NCBI GenBank assembly: GCA_964584895.1
Contig: CAZPAW010000001.1
Coordinates: 197,053 to 261,052 of the forward strand
Source of the DNA: an uncultured Candidatus Saccharibacteria bacterium
GTDB lineage: Bacteria > Patescibacteriota > Saccharimonadia > Saccharimonadales > JAGQNJ01
Reading direction: 5' to 3'
Length of the DNA: 64,000 bases
The position numbers and the translations under genes are program-made. This document shows, piece by piece, positions 59,911-64,000 of this stretch; position 1 is the stretch's first letter, and each line of letters begins with the position of its first letter. Below the pieces are notes generated by a model. The model was not told where the DNA came from and did no database searches. It was given only the letters and a program-made list of their open reading frames with translations.

Positions 59911-60996
59911 ATGGCTAAGAAAGATTACTATGAAGTACTAGGGGTAGGAAAGTCGGCAAGCGCTGACGAGATAAAGAAAGCTTTTAGGCGTGCTGCTGTT
60001 GAGCATCATCCAGATAAGGGGGGCGATGAAGCAAAATTTAAAGAAATTAATGAAGCTTATGAAGTTTTAAAAGATCCCAGCAAACGTCAGCGTTATGATC
60101 AGTTTGGCCATGCGGGAGTTGGTGGTGCGTCAAGTGGTGGTCCGGCTGGTGGTGGTTTTGGAGGTTTTGGTCAAGGTCAAGAAATGCACTTTGATTTTGG
60201 CGATTTGGGCTTAGGCGATATTTTTGGGAGTTTTTTTGGTGGAGGCCAGAGACCCGGTGGTCAACGCCAAAGACGAGGTAATGATATTCAAACCAGCGTT
60301 GATCTAACTTTTGATCAGGCTGTGTTTGGTACTGAGATTGATTTAAACATGAATATTGATGATGCTTGTGAACACTGCAAAGGTAGTACCGTCGAACCAG
60401 GCTATGAGTTAAAAAATTGCCCAACCTGTAAGGGTAGCGGTCAAGTGCTGAGGGTAACCCGGACAGTTTTTGGCAATATTCAGCAGGCGACAATTTGTGA
60501 TGAATGTAAGGGAAGCGGAAAAGTTCCTGAAAAATTATGTAGCGTGTGTCGAGGCAAAGGCATAAAGCAAAAAAGACAAGACATAAAATTAAAAGTTCCA
60601 GCAGGGATTGATGATGGAGCAACAATAAGACTTCGTGAACACGGAGAAGCAGTGGCTCGGGGCGAAAAAGGCGATTTATATGTAAATGTACGAGTCAAAC
60701 CTCATAAAAAATTTACTCGTGAAGGCGATATAATTCTTAGCGAAGAGGCAATCGGAATGGTGGATGCAACACTGGGGACTGAAATTGAAGTGGACACAGT
60801 TGATGGCCCGATTACCATGAGAATACCGGCCGGAACCCAGAGTGGTACGGATTTTAAATTATCTGATCATGGCGTACCACACATAAAATCAAAATCTCGT
60901 GGACCTCATATAGTCACTATTATTGTAGAAACCCCCGAAAAACTTAACAAGCATCAAAAGAAGCTGTTTGAAAATTTGAGAGAACACGGTCTTTAA
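59911..60996 (+). CDS. dnaJ: molecular chaperone DnaJ
   Basis: J-domain 'HPDKGGDE' (HPD), G/F-rich region, four CxxCxGxG zinc-finger repeats. Confidence 0.95.
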   Translation: MAKKDYYEVLGVGKSASADEIKKAFRRAAVEHHPDKGGDEAKFKEINEAYEVLKDPSKRQRYDQFGHAGVGGASSGGPAGGGFGGFGQGQEMHFDFGDLGLGDIFGSFFGGGQRPGGQRQRRGNDIQTSVDLTFDQAVFGTEIDLNMNIDDACEHCKGSTVEPGYELKNCPTCKGSGQVLRVTRTVFGNIQQATICDECKGSGKVPEKLCSVCRGKGIKQKRQDIKLKVPAGIDDGATIRLREHGEAVARGEKGDLYVNVRVKPHKKFTREGDIILSEEAIGMVDATLGTEIEVDTVDGPITMRIPAGTQSGTDFKLSDHGVPHIKSKSRGPHIVTIIVETPEKLNKHQKKLFENLREHGL

Positions 60997-61047
60997 GCAC
61001 AAAAAATAATTGGCGAATGACCACATAAATAGTTAGAATATAAACTC

Positions 61048-61713
61048 ATGGCAAAAAATAAAGTTCAGTATGTTCATGGTGAAAAACTAGTAAAAAAGAG
61101 CAAATGGCGACGTAGAGTAGCGTTAATAATTGCCCTTGTATTATTTATATCAGGAATATATCTACTTTTATTGACATTGTCACCAAAAGCCCCTGTGCCG
61201 TCAAAGATTGACTTAAATACCAAGGACGATACTGAAGACCATCGAGACAGAATACAAATTGAGAAAATTAATTTAGAGGTTCCATTTTTTGCAGGTACAG
61301 ATGCCAGTACTTTAGAAAAAGGAGTATGGTGGCGGTTTCCTGATAGAGGTAGCCCTACGACCGGCGGTAACTTTATTTTGAGTGCTCATAGATTTTTCTT
61401 AGGCTATACGCCTCAAGGTACGCGCGAGAGATCTCCGTTTTATAAATTAAATGAAGTTCAGCCAGGCGATAAGATTAAAGTGTATTATAAAGATAAGTGG
61501 TACGAATACGAAGTAACTAAAAACTATGCTGTAGACCGAACGGCTGTGGAAATAGAGAATAAAACCGAAGACGCAAAAATGACACTGTATACTTGTTCGC
61601 TTGCTGGTGAGGCAGACGGCAGGGCGGTTATTGATGCCAAGCCGTTATTTGAAACATCTGGCTCTCTAGAAGAAAATGGCAGTGGCTCACCACTCCTACG
61701 AGTGGTCAATTAA
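61048..61713 (+). CDS. sortase (class E-like transpeptidase)
   Basis: N-terminal TM. 'ILSAHRFF' (catalytic His), 'TLYTCS' (TLxTC Cys), 'GRAVID' (Arg). Confidence 0.8.
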   Translation: MAKNKVQYVHGEKLVKKSKWRRRVALIIALVLFISGIYLLLLTLSPKAPVPSKIDLNTKDDTEDHRDRIQIEKINLEVPFFAGTDASTLEKGVWWRFPDRGSPTTGGNFILSAHRFFLGYTPQGTRERSPFYKLNEVQPGDKIKVYYKDKWYEYEVTKNYAVDRTAVEIENKTEDAKMTLYTCSLAGEADGRAVIDAKPLFETSGSLEENGSGSPLLRVVN

Positions 61714-62352
61714 ATCAGTATATGCAACCACTTGGTTGCCACCGGCTTTTTTAGCGGCGTAAAGTGCTAGGTCTCCCTGCTCATACAATTCTTCGAACTG
61801 AGTGTGTTGTTCGAATTGTACAACACCTACACTTGTAGAGATATCAACACCCCTAGAGTCAACCTCTTGAATCCCGTTAATAAGCTCACATATGACTTTT
61901 GCACGTTCTATTGCGACTTCTTCTGTTGCACCATCAAGCATAATAACTAATTCGTCGCCCCCAAATCTTGCAACTGCGTCGTCATCGCGCACAGAACTAA
62001 GGATTGCAACGATACCTTTCAGTAGCTTGTCTCCAATAGGATGACCATGCGTATCGTTTACGGGTTTGAATCTATCGATGTCAAAAAAGAGCATACTGCC
62101 ACTAGGTGTTTCCCTTTTATTGTATCTCTCTTCGAGGCCTTCACGATTAAGTGCACTAGTGAGCTTGTCGCGATAAAGCCTCTGTTGCAAATCGTTTGTT
62201 TCCCCACGGAGTAAATAGTTAGAGAAAGCAGTAATTGCATGATTGTAGCTTGTGTCCGCCATGGCTCGATCTATGGGGTTATCAAATTCGGACCGTTTTA
62301 ATGGCCCGCTATAAAACTCTTCTTGTTGTCTCGAAGATGGAGTAAATGACAT
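61696..62352 (-). CDS. GGDEF-domain protein with non-canonical GGDEL motif
   Basis: 'FFDIDRFKPVNDTHGHPIGDKLL' and 'RFGGDELVIML'. The F to L change may affect activity. Confidence 0.7.
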   Translation of the reverse strand: MSFTPSSRQQEEFYSGPLKRSEFDNPIDRAMADTSYNHAITAFSNYLLRGETNDLQQRLYRDKLTSALNREGLEERYNKRETPSGSMLFFDIDRFKPVNDTHGHPIGDKLLKGIVAILSSVRDDDAVARFGGDELVIMLDGATEEVAIERAKVICELINGIQEVDSRGVDISTSVGVVQFEQHTQFEELYEQGDLALYAAKKAGGNQVVAYTDLIDHS

Positions 62353-62596
62353 ATATTTATATTAACACAAACTGACTAAACAGTCAATGTATGCACATGT
62401 GTGTGCTTGTGGTTATAATATATTTGAATTATGAAAAAGATAAAAAATAATCAAGAAGGTTTTATCCCGCTAATGATATTTATGATTTCAGTGCTTTTGT
62501 TTGCAATAATTTTTGTTTTTCTGAGAGTCATTAAGTCGACTTGAAAGGTTCGAAAATCATTGCATAAGTATATAAACAATGATATAATAATTTTTA

Positions 62597-63904
62597 ATGA
62601 TGTCACCACCTTTACCAGAAGTTAAAGTTAATGTTGGCTTAACCCCTGATCAGGACGGCTCCGATACTATTACGTACGGCAAGTTACGCAGTGAAATTGA
62701 TAGACAAGCTGAATATCTCGATGGTCGTTGGGATTTGCTTTTCAACTCCCCAGAAGGCGATATAGAAGAGTCTTTACAAGCGCGACGTCTTGCCGAAACA
62801 TATTTATTGCAAACTGCAATTCGAGGACTACAATCATGGGATAATCCCGAAAAAGAACGATTGTGGCAAGAACGATTTACTCAGGCAAGCATAGAGCTAT
62901 ATGGTGAGCCAGACGAAAAGATTGTACGAGAGCTTGCAGCTAATGAGCGTAATTTGTTATCAGAGTTTTTCGATGACCCAAGAGTTGATCAGGATATTCT
63001 ACGTGAAGTAATTGATGTATATGATTATGTCGCTGGACACAGCGAAGGAGAAGCCATACCAGAACTTAGCCATGAAGCTTTTGAAGTTGTTGATGCATTC
63101 TTTTCGAGTGAAACTAACTCTAAAGTATTAGAGATGACTGATAGTTTAGAGGACAGACCATATGCACCTAAAGAACTGGTCGGGATATTTAGAGAAGCTA
63201 TTAACATACTTAAATCTAATGATTCTAATTGGGATGTTTGGAAAGTTGAACTGGTCGATCAATCAGGCTTATCTATCAACCCAGAGGAGAAAATTGTTCG
63301 TATTGGAGAACGAAGAAGTAGTGCATACCCTGCTGAAGTAAAAAAACTTTTAGGCCATGAACTATTAATTCATGCTCTTAGAGCGACTAATGCCTTGAGG
63401 CAGTCTGACGAACTTCTTCACGAAACCTTACCTGAATATGGCGTATTTGAAGAGGGTCTTGGTATTGTTGCTGAGGTCGTTATATCTGGAGAAAGATCTG
63501 AAAAAGCTATAAATCGATATGTTGATATAGCGCTGGCGCTCGGGACAAATCATTATTTGTTAAGTAGGAAAGAACTATTCGAGTTTGCCTATAATCGTCA
63601 AATATTAGCAAATCAGATTAAGGGAAAACCTATTGATTATAAAGCAATAGAAAAAGAGACATGGACACACATCGATAGAATTTTTCGGGGAGGCGATGGC
63701 GATGAAGATTCAAAAGCAGTATATACAATGTATAGCTATTACTACGCAGGATACGTAAAAGCGGTCAATTATTTAAACGAGGCATTAGCTAGTGGTGTAA
63801 GTGCCGACAAATTAATTGAATATACCATGCAGGCAAAATTCGACCCTACAAACCCTACCCATAAAAAACATATTAGAGAAAACGGATTAGTCCCTAGTCT
63901 GTAA
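62597..63904 (+). CDS. DUF1704 / QEGLA-motif family protein (predicted HExxH zinc-dependent carboxypeptidase-like)
   Basis: 'GHELLIHALR' (HExxH) and 'FEEGLGIVAEV' (QEGLA-like motif). ~435 aa, the typical family size. Confidence 0.5.
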   Translation: MMSPPLPEVKVNVGLTPDQDGSDTITYGKLRSEIDRQAEYLDGRWDLLFNSPEGDIEESLQARRLAETYLLQTAIRGLQSWDNPEKERLWQERFTQASIELYGEPDEKIVRELAANERNLLSEFFDDPRVDQDILREVIDVYDYVAGHSEGEAIPELSHEAFEVVDAFFSSETNSKVLEMTDSLEDRPYAPKELVGIFREAINILKSNDSNWDVWKVELVDQSGLSINPEEKIVRIGERRSSAYPAEVKKLLGHELLIHALRATNALRQSDELLHETLPEYGVFEEGLGIVAEVVISGERSEKAINRYVDIALALGTNHYLLSRKELFEFAYNRQILANQIKGKPIDYKAIEKETWTHIDRIFRGGDGDEDSKAVYTMYSYYYAGYVKAVNYLNEALASGVSADKLIEYTMQAKFDPTNPTHKKHIRENGLVPSL

Positions 63905-64000
63905 TAACTCGAACGTTTTCGTTGACGAAATCTAAGTCTTTTTCAAATTGTTTTGGATTTGGATTGTGCAAGATTATGATCGCGCACATTTTGTATCCGT

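Noticed and set aside
1-64000. CRISPR arrays and cas genes
   Set aside because: No short direct repeats with regular unique spacers were seen. Repeats in the window are either coding (beta-helix, collagen) or the irregular intergenic families described above.
1-64000. Integrase, transposase or IS elements flanking the surface-protein island or the tRNA-adjacent cassette
   Set aside because: No DDE transposase, tyrosine/serine recombinase motifs or terminal inverted repeats bounding large segments were found. The islands are therefore not classifiable as conventional mobile elements from this window alone.

Overview
Low-GC (~37-40%) bacterial window with compact, mostly co-directional genes and many small membrane or secreted proteins. 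The gene content looks like a Candidate Phyla Radiation / Saccharibacteria-type monoderm, but that assignment is inference. Recognisable housekeeping genes include murC, an ABC exporter pair, dus, tilS, ftsH, murJ, lepA, the hrcA-grpE-dnaK operon with CIRCE operators, dnaJ, a VKOR-like protein, signal peptidase I, a histidine kinase and an MFS transporter. The window also holds three CAT-anticodon tRNAs. The main accessory content is a ~17.6 kb island of very large surface proteins (7.8-25.5 kb). These include a frameshifted YVTN beta-propeller protein, LamG-type proteins, a cadherin-like protein and a 980-aa LamG-Ig-Fn3-beta-helix protein. The island also contains an 895-aa collagen-repeat, tail-fibre-like protein with a C-terminal S74 intramolecular-chaperone domain, a 1699-aa parallel beta-helix protein with a duplicated CTLREA module, and an autotransporter-passenger-like protein. 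Several of these end in L[AS]xTG + TM + basic-tail sorting signals that match a class-E-like sortase encoded at 61.0 kb. Other observations: two type IV pilin-like proteins; a ~160-nt leader/intergenic element conserved upstream of three or four unrelated minus-strand genes (42.7-44.9 kb); and a ~0.7 kb gene-poor region (45.78-46.51 kb) with a near-consensus promoter, two tiny ORFs (one a hydrophobic toxin-like peptide) and a nested perfect 18-bp/9-bp inverted repeat. There is also an uncharacterised translationally coupled two-gene cassette between a tRNA and tilS, a tRNA flanked by two diverged copies of a hairpin repeat, and a block of unassignable hypotheticals at 39.2-41.3 kb. No CRISPR array, integrase or transposase was seen.
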